Shown piece by piece: positions 8,682-16,767 of a DNA stretch of 16,767 bases (its first letter is position 1; every line of letters begins with the position of its first letter). The notes under the pieces are model-generated. The model was not told the origin of the DNA. It made no database searches and saw only the letters and a program-made list of their open reading frames with translations. Made by a program: the position numbers and the translations under genes. Origin of the DNA: Candidatus Hadarchaeota archaeon (GTDB lineage Archaea > Hadarchaeota > Hadarchaeia > Hadarchaeales > JAGGTB01). The stretch is from the NCBI GenBank assembly GCA_964384105.1, contig CAYLJV010000009.1:1-16767 (forward strand), read 5' to 3'.

Positions 8682-8832
8682 CAAAGGTCTCACGTTACTC
8701 AGACGGAAGATATGATGCTTTTCTGAAGGACTGAGATATAATCTCGAGTTGATTAGGACTATCTCGAAGAAATAAAAGAAAAGGGAAGTAAAGAAAAAGC
8801 AAGAAAAACAAAATCAAAGTTAAAAAAATAAA

Positions 8833-9192
8833 TCAATCTGAATCGAAGCTAGCAATCTTTCTTTTTTTAGCTAATTCTCTTTGAATTAAATTTGAAGCTT
8901 CCTCTTTAGTAATATCACCAGGATAATTTGCGTACAAATTGTCTAGGTAATTCTTCTGTTTTTTCGTGGCCGCTTGTTTATATTCTGTTCGTCTCTTGGT
9001 TTTTCTTTTCTCCACTCCGTTCTCTTCCGTTCGGATGTCCTTGGAAACCTCTTGAAGAATTTCGTTGGCGACAAAAATTATACGTTCCTTATTTTCTAGA
9101 TCGGTTTTACTTTCGACCATTTTCAAGATCTCTTGGTAAAGTTCAACGTATTTCTCTACTTTCAAATCTGACTCCCTTCTATCATTAAGCAT
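8833..9192 (-). CDS. Hypothetical protein (119 aa) with C-terminal AT.KQ..YL..L...P..ITK.EAS.LI motif
   Basis: Coherent ORF followed by a long T-tract on its sense strand; helical N-terminus; the C-terminal motif resembles small helical domains I associate with phage/mobile-element proteins. Confidence 0.75.
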   Translation of the reverse strand: MLNDRRESDLKVEKYVELYQEILKMVESKTDLENKERIIFVANEILQEVSKDIRTEENGVEKRKTKRRTEYKQAATKKQKNYLDNLYANYPGDITKEEASNLIQRELAKKRKIASFDSD

Positions 9193-9206
9193 TATGATTA
9201 TTTTTA

Positions 9207-9321
9207 GGAGTGAACCGGTCGGAAAGTTTATGGGGATGCCCCATTAACTAGGACGTGGTCGAGATATAGTAAGGTCTATCAACAGGGCTCGGAGACTAGG
9301 ATGGCCGGTTCTTCACACTCC
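9207..9321 (+). ncRNA. Candidate structured RNA or ssDNA element (three-way junction)
   Basis: Closing stem GGAGTG+AACCGGTC (9207-9220) with GGCCGGTT and CACTCC (9303-9321); hairpin AGTTTATGGGG-ATG-CCCCATTAACT (9225-9249); third arm GTCGAG...ATAG/CTAT...CTCGGAGAC (9258-9296). Confidence 0.5.
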
Positions 9322-9655
9322 CGATAATAACTCCTTCCTTTTTGGAAATAAAAAGTAAAGAAAAGGGACTATGTAGTTAAGCTCTATCCTCTCAAACACA
9401 ATCTCGTTGTCTCCTACTCTGCTCAATTTAAAGAGACTACCATATCTAGCTTAAAAAGTTCACCACATGATGTACCATAAGACTTCTCTTTATATGCTGG
9501 AAGTTCTTTCCAAAATATTTGAGAAATACTCATTGAGAACTCACTACCATTAATTTTTCGAATAATTGTGATTTTGAAGAGAAAATCAAGAATACAGTCT
9601 AACTAATAGTCAAGAACAAAAAAAATAAAAAAAAGAAAAAATTCGGTTAATTTCC

Positions 9656-11206
9656 TTACTCCAGTCCTATTTTGAGGAATGTTGCCCAGTTCCTACCGGG
9701 GAAGTCTATTCCATATCCGTTGCCATCAAAGTCGCCTTCTCCGTAGATGCCTGCCCATGCTGTTTCACATCCGACTACCATTTTTCCGTATATTGGTACA
9801 TTCTCATAGATTGGCTGTTCCTCGTAAATGGGTTGTTCTTCATAGATTGGTTCGCTAATTTCACCCACTCCCATGTCTCCGTTTCCTAGAATGTGTTGGT
9901 CTCCATTGTCGAGGTAGGTTGGGTACTTCTTTCCTATTGTGGAGTCAGTTGGATCCACAGTCCAGATGGCGGATCTCTCCGGCACTGGATCATCTAAATA
10001 CCATCCCTTGACAGAACCGACTAAGTCACCAGTACCACCGGCTCTGATTGTAAGTCCACTGAACTCTAAAGCATTCTCGGGTGTTCCCATGTGCTCGGCA
10101 GTCATTGTTGAAATGTCTACAGCCCAGACTCCGAGTTCTGATGGTGTAGTTGGTGCTTCGTTGATCCAGATGTAGAGTGTTCCGTCAGCACCGAAGACTA
10201 TGTCTGCTCCCCAGATGTTGAGGGATTCAGTCGTGCCTTCCTTCGTAATAGTGCCGAGATTATTCAACGCTAGAGTGTCAACATTCAGAGTGTATAACTG
10301 ATCATTGGTCATACTAGCTATGTATAGGTTATCATCGAATGGTGAGAATGTTGCTAGGACCACACCACTTGGAAGACCTGAGATTACACCCATGTCGGCG
10401 AAAGTACTCGTGCCGAGATTGAAGATTCCCAAGTGCTTCGAGACCATGTCTATAGCGTAAAGCTCATCAGCATCCGCTGAGCAGGCTAGTGCTGCGACTA
10501 CGTCAAAATTTGGTGCTGGTAAATGACCAAGCCATGTTAAGTAGGCATTGTTGTCAGTGTCATTGAGTGCTACTGTGTATAGTTCAGTCCCCCCACCATC
10601 ACCATTCGGGTATCCAGAATCACTCAAATACAGGGTTTCTTCAACCTCTGTCCAACCTACTAGGATGTTTTCATAACCTACTATGACATTCTCGTAACCT
10701 ACTAGGATGTTTTCATAACCGATGATGTTGTCGTAATTCTCTGCCAGTTCACAGACTACTGCGTGTGCTGCGATGTATAGGTTTTCACCTTCCCAGCCCG
10801 TATCCGAGTAGCAGTATTTTGCCATCTGGTTTTCGTCTTCAATGTCAAAATAGTCGCTGATTTCGAACTGTCCGGGAGTTGGATTGCCGTTATTCATTGG
10901 AATGTCTCCATAATCTGCGGAAACTTGTAAATGGATTTCCGTCAAATACCAGTTATCCATGGTCTGGTATGTCACACACAAGTTTTCACCATCGTATTCT
11001 ACTACTAAGTCTCCTACGTCTATGTATTGTCCTGCAATGAGGTCTGCAATCAGGTTGTCCCCTGAGGATAGGGTAGCCATTAATCCTGATTCCGGTTCAC
11101 TAGTATCTGGTTTTCCTTTTCCGTTTCCTGGTCCTGCAAAGGCGGGAACTACCGCGACTGAGAGTATAAAGGCTATGCTAATCATTGAGATTAATATTCT
11201 TTTCAT
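9656..11206 (-). CDS. Secreted/surface protein: beta-rich domain interrupted by a repeat stalk and a beta-propeller
   Basis: GGAGGTGA RBS places the start at ATG 11206; Sec signal MKRILISMISIAFILSVAVVPAFA; LIAGQ...YIAAHAVV / ETAW...NWAT domain; propeller-like blades (ALACSADADELYAID, TFSPFDDNLYIAS, DIVFGADGTLYIW). Confidence 0.8.
   Translation of the reverse strand: MKRILISMISIAFILSVAVVPAFAGPGNGKGKPDTSEPESGLMATLSSGDNLIADLIAGQYIDVGDLVVEYDGENLCVTYQTMDNWYLTEIHLQVSADYGDIPMNNGNPTPGQFEISDYFDIEDENQMAKYCYSDTGWEGENLYIAAHAVVCELAENYDNIIGYENILVGYENVIVGYENILVGWTEVEETLYLSDSGYPNGDGGGTELYTVALNDTDNNAYLTWLGHLPAPNFDVVAALACSADADELYAIDMVSKHLGIFNLGTSTFADMGVISGLPSGVVLATFSPFDDNLYIASMTNDQLYTLNVDTLALNNLGTITKEGTTESLNIWGADIVFGADGTLYIWINEAPTTPSELGVWAVDISTMTAEHMGTPENALEFSGLTIRAGGTGDLVGSVKGWYLDDPVPERSAIWTVDPTDSTIGKKYPTYLDNGDQHILGNGDMGVGEISEPIYEEQPIYEEQPIYENVPIYGKMVVGCETAWAGIYGEGDFDGNGYGIDFPGRNWATFLKIGLE
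9785..9853 (-). repeat. 18-nt coding tandem repeat (EPIYEEQPIYEEQPIYENVPIYG)
   Basis: About 4 imperfect 6-aa units; TCATAGATTGG recurs at a 36-nt spacing. Confidence 0.85.
10652..10735 (-). repeat. 21-nt coding tandem repeat (YDNIIG YENILVG YENVIVG YENILVG W)
   Basis: Exact 25-nt copy AACCTACTAGGATGTTTTCATAACC at 10654-10678 and 10696-10720. Confidence 0.9.
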
Positions 11207-11426
11207 TTTTTTCACCTCCCTAAATTTAAAAGCGATAATGCTGCGAAATATTACATTAAGAAAGCAATCGCCATTTGGCTCTTCATATAATTAGTATAAA
11301 AAACAGTAAGGAACAATATTCTGAACGTAATTCTATTGATTGTCTTCTCTTATTGAATATCAAAATGTAAAAAGCCCCCATATTCTCAAGATCAGAGACT
11401 AAGGGGGGTTTAGATTAAGGAAATCG

Positions 11427-11434
11427 TTTAAATA
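11427..11434 (+). promoter_or_regulatory. TATA box TTTAAATA with upstream BRE-like GGAAATCG; probably a leaderless transcript
   Basis: Canonical archaeal TATA 26 nt upstream of ATG 11460; no RBS visible. Confidence 0.55.
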
Positions 11435-11459
11435 AAAAGATTTCTTCTTTTTGTTTACC

Positions 11460-12032
11460 ATGAACGAAGAAGGAGTAAGTAGAAACTTGGGGTTAATTGC
11501 CCTGGCAGTGGTTGTGGTTATCATTATCGCTACATTTTCTGGGGGTTTCTTTTCTAATGAGAGTGATGAACCCCCTTCTTACGAAAATTCAGATTATAAA
11601 CTATTTGTAAGTGAGAACTATAATTTCTCTTTTCCTTATCCCTCGACATGGGATATAAAAAATTATGAATCTTCAGAAATGACAGTAGTTATAGTTTCGG
11701 AGAATTCCACTTCCGAAAATTCAGTGGCACGAGCATTGATCTACGCAGGCTCTCTTGGTTATCCTCCACTTGATAAAATAAGAAGCCAGCTAGAAAATAA
11801 TGAGAATATAAATATAGTTGGAGATGTTCAAGAAGTTTCTGTCGACGGAGTGCCCGGTGTGGATATTTCATTCGTTTCCGATAGAGAAAACCAAAATACT
11901 CGAGCAAGAACTAGGGTGCTAAAAAAAGAAGGCTTTGAATGTTCTATTTCTTACTATGTTCAAGAAAATTATTACGAGAGGTTTAAGACTGGCTTGATAC
12001 CTGTAATCGAAAATTTCTCGTTCATTGAATAA
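11460..12032 (+). CDS. Membrane-anchored PsbP/Mog1-like protein
   Basis: N-terminal TM helix; YKLFVSENYNFSFPYPSTW, EVSVDGVPG and C-terminal VIENFSF are typical of PsbP-related domains. Start moved to ATG 11460. Confidence 0.7.
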   Translation: MNEEGVSRNLGLIALAVVVVIIIATFSGGFFSNESDEPPSYENSDYKLFVSENYNFSFPYPSTWDIKNYESSEMTVVIVSENSTSENSVARALIYAGSLGYPPLDKIRSQLENNENINIVGDVQEVSVDGVPGVDISFVSDRENQNTRARTRVLKKEGFECSISYYVQENYYERFKTGLIPVIENFSFIE

Positions 12033-12107
12033 AGATTATTATTTGTTTTCTTCTCGAAACTCTTTCAGTTAGGTCTTAATTTTTTGATTTTAATTTTAGC
12101 CTTATGT

Positions 12108-12278
12108 TTAGAACAGGTAGTAGAGATAGTAAAGGAATAGTGCTAATGCCAGAATCAAAGCAAATATTTTCTTTATTTTTTTCGTGTCATTCCTTTCCTC
12201 TGATTCTTTTTCTAAATCGTTGGGTTCAGGTGAGTATTCTTTTGGGGTTTCGTCTTCGTAAGTTTCATCGTCTTTCAT
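12108..12278 (-). CDS. Small tail-anchored acidic membrane protein (56 aa; absent from the ORF track)
   Basis: Manual translation MKDDETYEDETPKEYSPEPNDLEKESEERNDTKKIKKIFALILALALFLYYLYYLF*: acidic N-terminus, basic cluster, C-terminal TM helix. Confidence 0.65.
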   Translation of the reverse strand: MKDDETYEDETPKEYSPEPNDLEKESEERNDTKKIKKIFALILALALFLYYLYYLF

Positions 12279-12442
12279 TTATATCATCAAATTCTGGGAT
12301 TTCTTCCATTCACTATCCTTTTGGATTAAAACAATCAATTAATCTTTCTGTTTTTTAGCATCCAACTGAAAAAATAATTTATGAGTATTTCACAATCAAC
12401 CTTTTACGTTAGTTTTAGGTAGATTTTTTATTGGGATTAGAG

Positions 12443-12679
12443 ATGACTGGGGCTTTACTTTTAATTGGGACGAAAGTAGGTAAGGAGAAAAAGGTTCGTG
12501 ATAAAATCAGAGAGATGGATAATGTGAAGATAGCCAAAATGTTGACTGGTGCCTATGATGTCATGGCTATTATAGAAAAAGAGGAGATTGATGAGATTAT
12601 AGGTATTACAGTGGAAAAAATTAGAACAATAGACGGTGTAATCGATACAGTTACGCATGTCTTCATTGAGGAAGAGTAA
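12443..12679 (+). CDS. Stand-alone Lrp/AsnC ligand-binding (RAM) domain protein
   Basis: ALLLIGTKVGKEKKV...LTGAYDVMA...KIRTIDGVIDTVT; no HTH. Probable start ATG 12443. Confidence 0.88.
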   Translation: MTGALLLIGTKVGKEKKVRDKIREMDNVKIAKMLTGAYDVMAIIEKEEIDEIIGITVEKIRTIDGVIDTVTHVFIEEE

Positions 12680-12718
12680 TTGTATTCGCTTTATCCACTT
12701 GCTCCGAAATAGTTTTGA

Positions 12719-12967
12719 TTAGATGCTCATCATTTCTATATTTATTTCGTTCTCTCTGATATCTACAGATTGAATTCGCCTACCATATTCTCTTTCGAAA
12801 ATATCTCGCAGAACAGAGTTTCCCAAAGTTATTCCAACTGATCCACCGGTTACTTCTATTGAATCGCTCTGCTCTTCAAACTTGTCTTCTACAATCTCTT
12901 TCAATGCACTTTTTGAAATTGAAATTTTCTTGACTTCTTGAGGCAGCTTGCTCTTTTTTTCTTTCAT
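12719..12967 (-). CDS. Hypothetical protein (82 aa) with an internal ~31-aa duplication
   Basis: GGGGGTGT RBS before ATG 12967; the two halves align (ISISKSALKEIVEDKF..DSIEV vs ITLGNSVLRDIFEREY..QSVDI). Confidence 0.7.
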   Translation of the reverse strand: MKEKKSKLPQEVKKISISKSALKEIVEDKFEEQSDSIEVTGGSVGITLGNSVLRDIFEREYGRRIQSVDIRENEINIEMMSI

Positions 12968-13131
12968 ATTTAACACCCCCGAGACACTCATCTGTAGCTG
13001 CATGAGCAGTGTGAATAGTAAAAAGGTATGCTTTCGATAGAAGTGAATCGTTCACAGTTTACGATAATGAGTAACTGTTTATAAGTAAATTTTGTTGTAA
13101 CATTTGATGGGGGTTTATAGATTTTAGTAGA

Positions 13132-13350
13132 TTATCTAGCTTCCATTTCCACTTTACAACCCTTTATTCTCAATTTTCCAGTGCCTGCTTCTATCTTTGA
13201 CTTATCGCAGTTTAGATATCTAGAAACTTTGTCAAAATCTTTCGGTGAAATTAACAGTTTTATATTCTCTTTTTCGAATCCAAGACCAGATAAACCTTCT
13301 ATATGGTTTCCTATATTTTCGATATCTTCTACTCTAATTTCGATTTTCAA
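13132..13350 (-). CDS. Hypothetical protein (72 aa)
   Basis: GGAGGTGA RBS ahead of a TTG start; protein-like composition. Confidence 0.7.
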   Translation of the reverse strand: MKIEIRVEDIENIGNHIEGLSGLGFEKENIKLLISPKDFDKVSRYLNCDKSKIEAGTGKLRIKGCKVEMEAR

Positions 13351-13472
13351 AATTTCACCTCCTTTTTCTGTTTTTTACTATTCTTTTTATTCCTCTTTCT
13401 CTTTGGGTCTTCTAATTTCTCAACAGAATTAAAAAGTGGTAATCTTAAGAAAACCAAGACTAGGTGATCTGG

Positions 13473-15706
13473 ATGGAGACAAAACTTTACGTTTTTGGAT
13501 TTCCCGAGAATTCAGGACCAGGTGAGATTTTGGGTGCTATCGTAGGAGATGCGAATATTAGTAGATAGCAATAAGGTTGGGAACATTGAGATAAATGGAT
13601 CTTTTGCAGAAATTTTTGTCTCTGAAGATATTGTTGATGGAGTAGTGGAACGCTTGGATAATATTTCAGGAGTACCGGTACTGGTTTCTAGAGCCGAGGA
13701 ATCTGAAGAAACCAAAGTTCACTTTCTTCGACTTGCTAAATTCGTTGAGCTAGAGAGAAAGAGTGAGATGGAAACGCACGAAAGTGAAATCACGAAATTG
13801 TCTGGACATGAGAGGGAGAAGGAAGGAAGGGCCGTTCTTCATCTCAAGGGAAAAGACGAAGGAACGGGTTTAGGTGGTAAACACCTCCTAAAGTTTTCTC
13901 GGCAGAGGAGTGGGGAATCTCTTCCAGAAACTGAGGTAGGTATAGGCGGTCTCGTGATGCTCTCTAAAAGTGATCCACTGAGGGACGACAATCCGACGGG
14001 AACCGTTTCCGAAAAGACTAATTATTCGATTACCGTGGCGTTTGATCAAAAACCTGATGATTTTCTTTATGGAAAGGGAATAAGATGCGATCTTTATGTC
14101 AATGATGTTACATATCAGAGACAACTGGAAGTCTTAGCGAAAGTCTATAGGGGCGAGAAAAATAGACTTGAAGATCTAGCTGAAAAGTCCCTTGGAAAAA
14201 AAGATATCGAATTTGACAAGACCGGCCATGAAGTTCAGTTCCTTAATCCTGATTTAAATTATTCTCAAAAGGAATCTGTTAGAAAAGCGATTTCTGCTGA
14301 GGATTTTTTCTTGATTCATGGGCCACCGGAACCGGTAAGACTATCACTTGTATAGAAATAGCGAGGCAACTTCTTCGAAGAGGTGAGGATGTTCTCTGCG
14401 TGGCAGATTCTAATACAGCAGTAGATAATCTGGTCGAATGGCTTGCGGAAGCTGGCGAGAAAGTAATTCGAATAGGACATCCTGCACGAGTTTCACATTC
14501 TCTAAGGAACCATACGCTTGATGAGATAATCCAGGATAATGAGAAGTATAAGAAAAGTAGTGAGCTCAGAAAAAAAGCATTTGCGCTTTTAAAAAAACAG
14601 GAAGAGTTTACTCATCCGGGTGACGATGGAGGCGAGGAATGAGTGATAGAAGAATAAAGGAGTTGGCCGAGAAAGAGAAGGGTTCTCGAGGGGTCCCTCC
14701 TTCAAAGATCAAAGAAATGGCAAAATGGCTCGAGCTTCAGGAAAAGATCGATGACTTGTTTGAAAGAGTTGAGAGTTTAGAGGAGGAAGCGATTGAAGAA
14801 ATTATCGAATGGGCCGATGTAGTCTGCGCTACGAATTCGGTCTGCGGTTCCGAATTGATGAATAGTAGAAATTTTGACACGGTCATAATCGATGAGGCAA
14901 CCCAAGCCACAGAGCCTAGTTGTTGGCTTCCTATATCTCTATCAGAAAAGGTCATCCTGGCAGGGGACCACAAACAGCTTCCACCTACTATACTCAATGA
15001 GGATGCAAAGTTTTTGAGTAAAACGTTGTTTGAGAGACTCGTGGATATTTTTGGAGATGAGATTCGTAGTACTCTGGAAATTCAGTATAGGATGAATGAA
15101 GACATAATGAATTTTTCCAACAAGGAGTTCTATAATGGGGTTTTGAAGGCTGATGAATCTGTGGCAGACCACACTCTTGTTGGACTGATCGATAATGATA
15201 TTGGTTGTGAAAGTACTGTAGAAAAATCACTTCAGCCGGAACCCTCGATAGTGTTTATAGATACCGCTGAAATGGGTGCGGAGGAAAGAACGAGAGAGGG
15301 ATCTACTTCGAAGGAAAACCCGAAAGAAGCAAAAATTGTTTTTTCTATAATATCTAAGCTGCTTGAACTGGGAATGGATCCGAGTGATATAGCTGTTATA
15401 TCTCCTTACGAAGACCAGGTGGATCGGATAAGTAGAGAAGTTGATGAGAAATATTTGGAGATAGATACTGTAGATGGATTCCAGGGCAGGGAAAAAGAGG
15501 TAGTAATATTATCCTTGGTTAGAAGTAATGAAACTGGAAATATCGGGTTTTTGAAAGATGTCAGAAGATTAAATGTTTCATTGACTAGAGCCAAAAGGAA
15601 ACTAGTAGTCATTGGAGACAGTGCAACTGTAGGTTATCACGAGACATACTCTCGGCTTATCAATTATATATACGAGAACGGAGAAATCATTCCTGCTGAG
15701 GTATGA
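13473..15706 (+). pseudogene. IGHMBP2/Upf1-like (DNA2/NAM7) SF1 helicase with N-terminal DbpA-type RNA-binding domain; three frameshifts (pseudogene or sequence errors)
   Basis: AGGTGA RBS plus ATG 13473 (METKLYVFGFPENSGPGEILGAIVGDANI); frameshifts at ~13560, ~14329 (inside GPPGTGKT) and ~14622; motifs LN.SQ, ADSNTAVDNL, IIDEATQ, LAGDHKQLPP, QYRM, TVDGFQGREKE, RRLNVSLTRAK. Confidence 0.88.
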
Positions 15707-15801
15707 ATAGCGAGCTTTGGCTAGGTAAGTAAATAGTAACTTAGCACTTGAAGGTTCGTTTGACAAATCTCCAGATTGGGTTAGTAATCACGTAACCCAC
15801 T

Positions 15802-15817
15802 CGAAAAGCTTTAAGTA
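15802..15817 (+). promoter_or_regulatory. rRNA operon promoter (BRE CGAAAAG plus TATA TTTAAGTA)
   Basis: Consensus archaeal BRE-TATA; predicted start near 15840, about 210 nt before the 16S. Confidence 0.75.
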
Positions 15818-15839
15818 TTAGTTTTTACCATAATCAAGA

Positions 15840-16051
15840 ACGCCCGTACCTAGGTATCGGCGTCGATCTGAGTTAGGGTAAATAGCCTTGCGATGAAAGA
15901 TTGTATGTTTTTGGTGCGGGTTCAATTGAATGTGGACCTGAACATGCCGGGCTACCGGAAGAGCTCGGGTCCGAGATAAGCCTGACACCCTTAGTGACTC
16001 CTCTATGCCAATTTACATGCCTTTTTGTTGTATATGCGGCTGAAAAAACCA
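15840..16051 (+). other. Pre-rRNA 5' leader (external transcribed spacer) with hairpins
   Basis: Lies between the promoter and 16S; hairpins ACGCC..TACC/GGTA..GGCGT, GGGTTCA/TGGACCT and CCGGGCT/AGCTCGG. The partner strand of the processing stem is outside the window. Confidence 0.6.

Positions 16052-16767
<716 letters not shown>

Noticed and set aside
8640-9200. attL/attR duplication of the tRNA-His 3' end
   Set aside because: Only an 8-nt TTCAAATC echo at ~9161 was seen, and there is no integrase in the window.
8770-9370. Direct repeats AAAGAAAAGGGA flanking the orphan gene module as a target-site duplication
   Set aside because: Low-complexity purine tracts, better explained as minus-strand T-rich terminators.
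9312-9533. Degenerate small ORFs on the minus strand (MSISQIFWKELP...; ...GSLFKLSRVGDNEIVFERIEL), possible AbrB-like remnant
   Set aside because: Short, broken and without a convincing family signature.
10652-10735. Possible CRISPR array or DGR repeat
   Set aside because: In-frame coding repeats with no unique spacers; no cas or reverse transcriptase gene in the window.
12265-12309. Selenocysteine/readthrough at the TGA in the MEEIPEFDDINERR frame
   Set aside because: That frame hits another stop shortly afterwards; a single-base indel explains the data better.
12104-12358. 84-aa plus-strand ORF
   Set aside because: Shadow of the better-supported minus-strand microprotein at 12108-12278.
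363-15612. Many short ORFs opposite real genes (e.g. 363-575, 1155-1421, 2015-2356, 4332-4601, 4739-5050, 6128-6409, 7782-8000, 9939-10175, 14737-14997, 15406-15612)
   Set aside because: Ser/Phe-rich antisense shadows of motif-bearing genes.
13549-15706. Three separate genes (268, 80 and 355 aa)
   Set aside because: They are consecutive fragments of one helicase; one break falls inside Walker A.

Overview
Archaeal genomic window: GGAGGTGA ribosome-binding sites, BRE/TATA promoters, an archaeal 16S rRNA and many acidic proteins. A euryarchaeal lineage such as MSBL1/Hadarchaeota is my guess and needs a 16S placement. Left to right: small wHTH and membrane-protein genes, an Lrp/AsnC regulator, then a minus-strand run of proB-proA, a tandem SIS (PHI-like) protein and a stand-alone receiver protein. 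Next come a divergent KaiC/RAD55-like ATPase fused to a histidine kinase, a CARDB surface protein with a transglutaminase-like Cys-His-Glu domain, and tRNA-His(GTG). These are followed by a 119-aa orphan with a ~115-nt multi-stem structured element upstream, a secreted protein with a beta-propeller on a repeat stalk, a PsbP-like protein, several small genes (one missed by the ORF track), an IGHMBP2/Upf1-like SF1 helicase with an N-terminal DbpA-type RNA-binding domain broken by three frameshifts, and the promoter, leader and 5' ~716 nt of a 16S rRNA gene. Best leads: the catalytically degenerate KaiC-histidine kinase fusion, the structured element/orphan gene module beside tRNA-His, the DbpA-RBD helicase next to the rRNA operon, and the stalked propeller protein.
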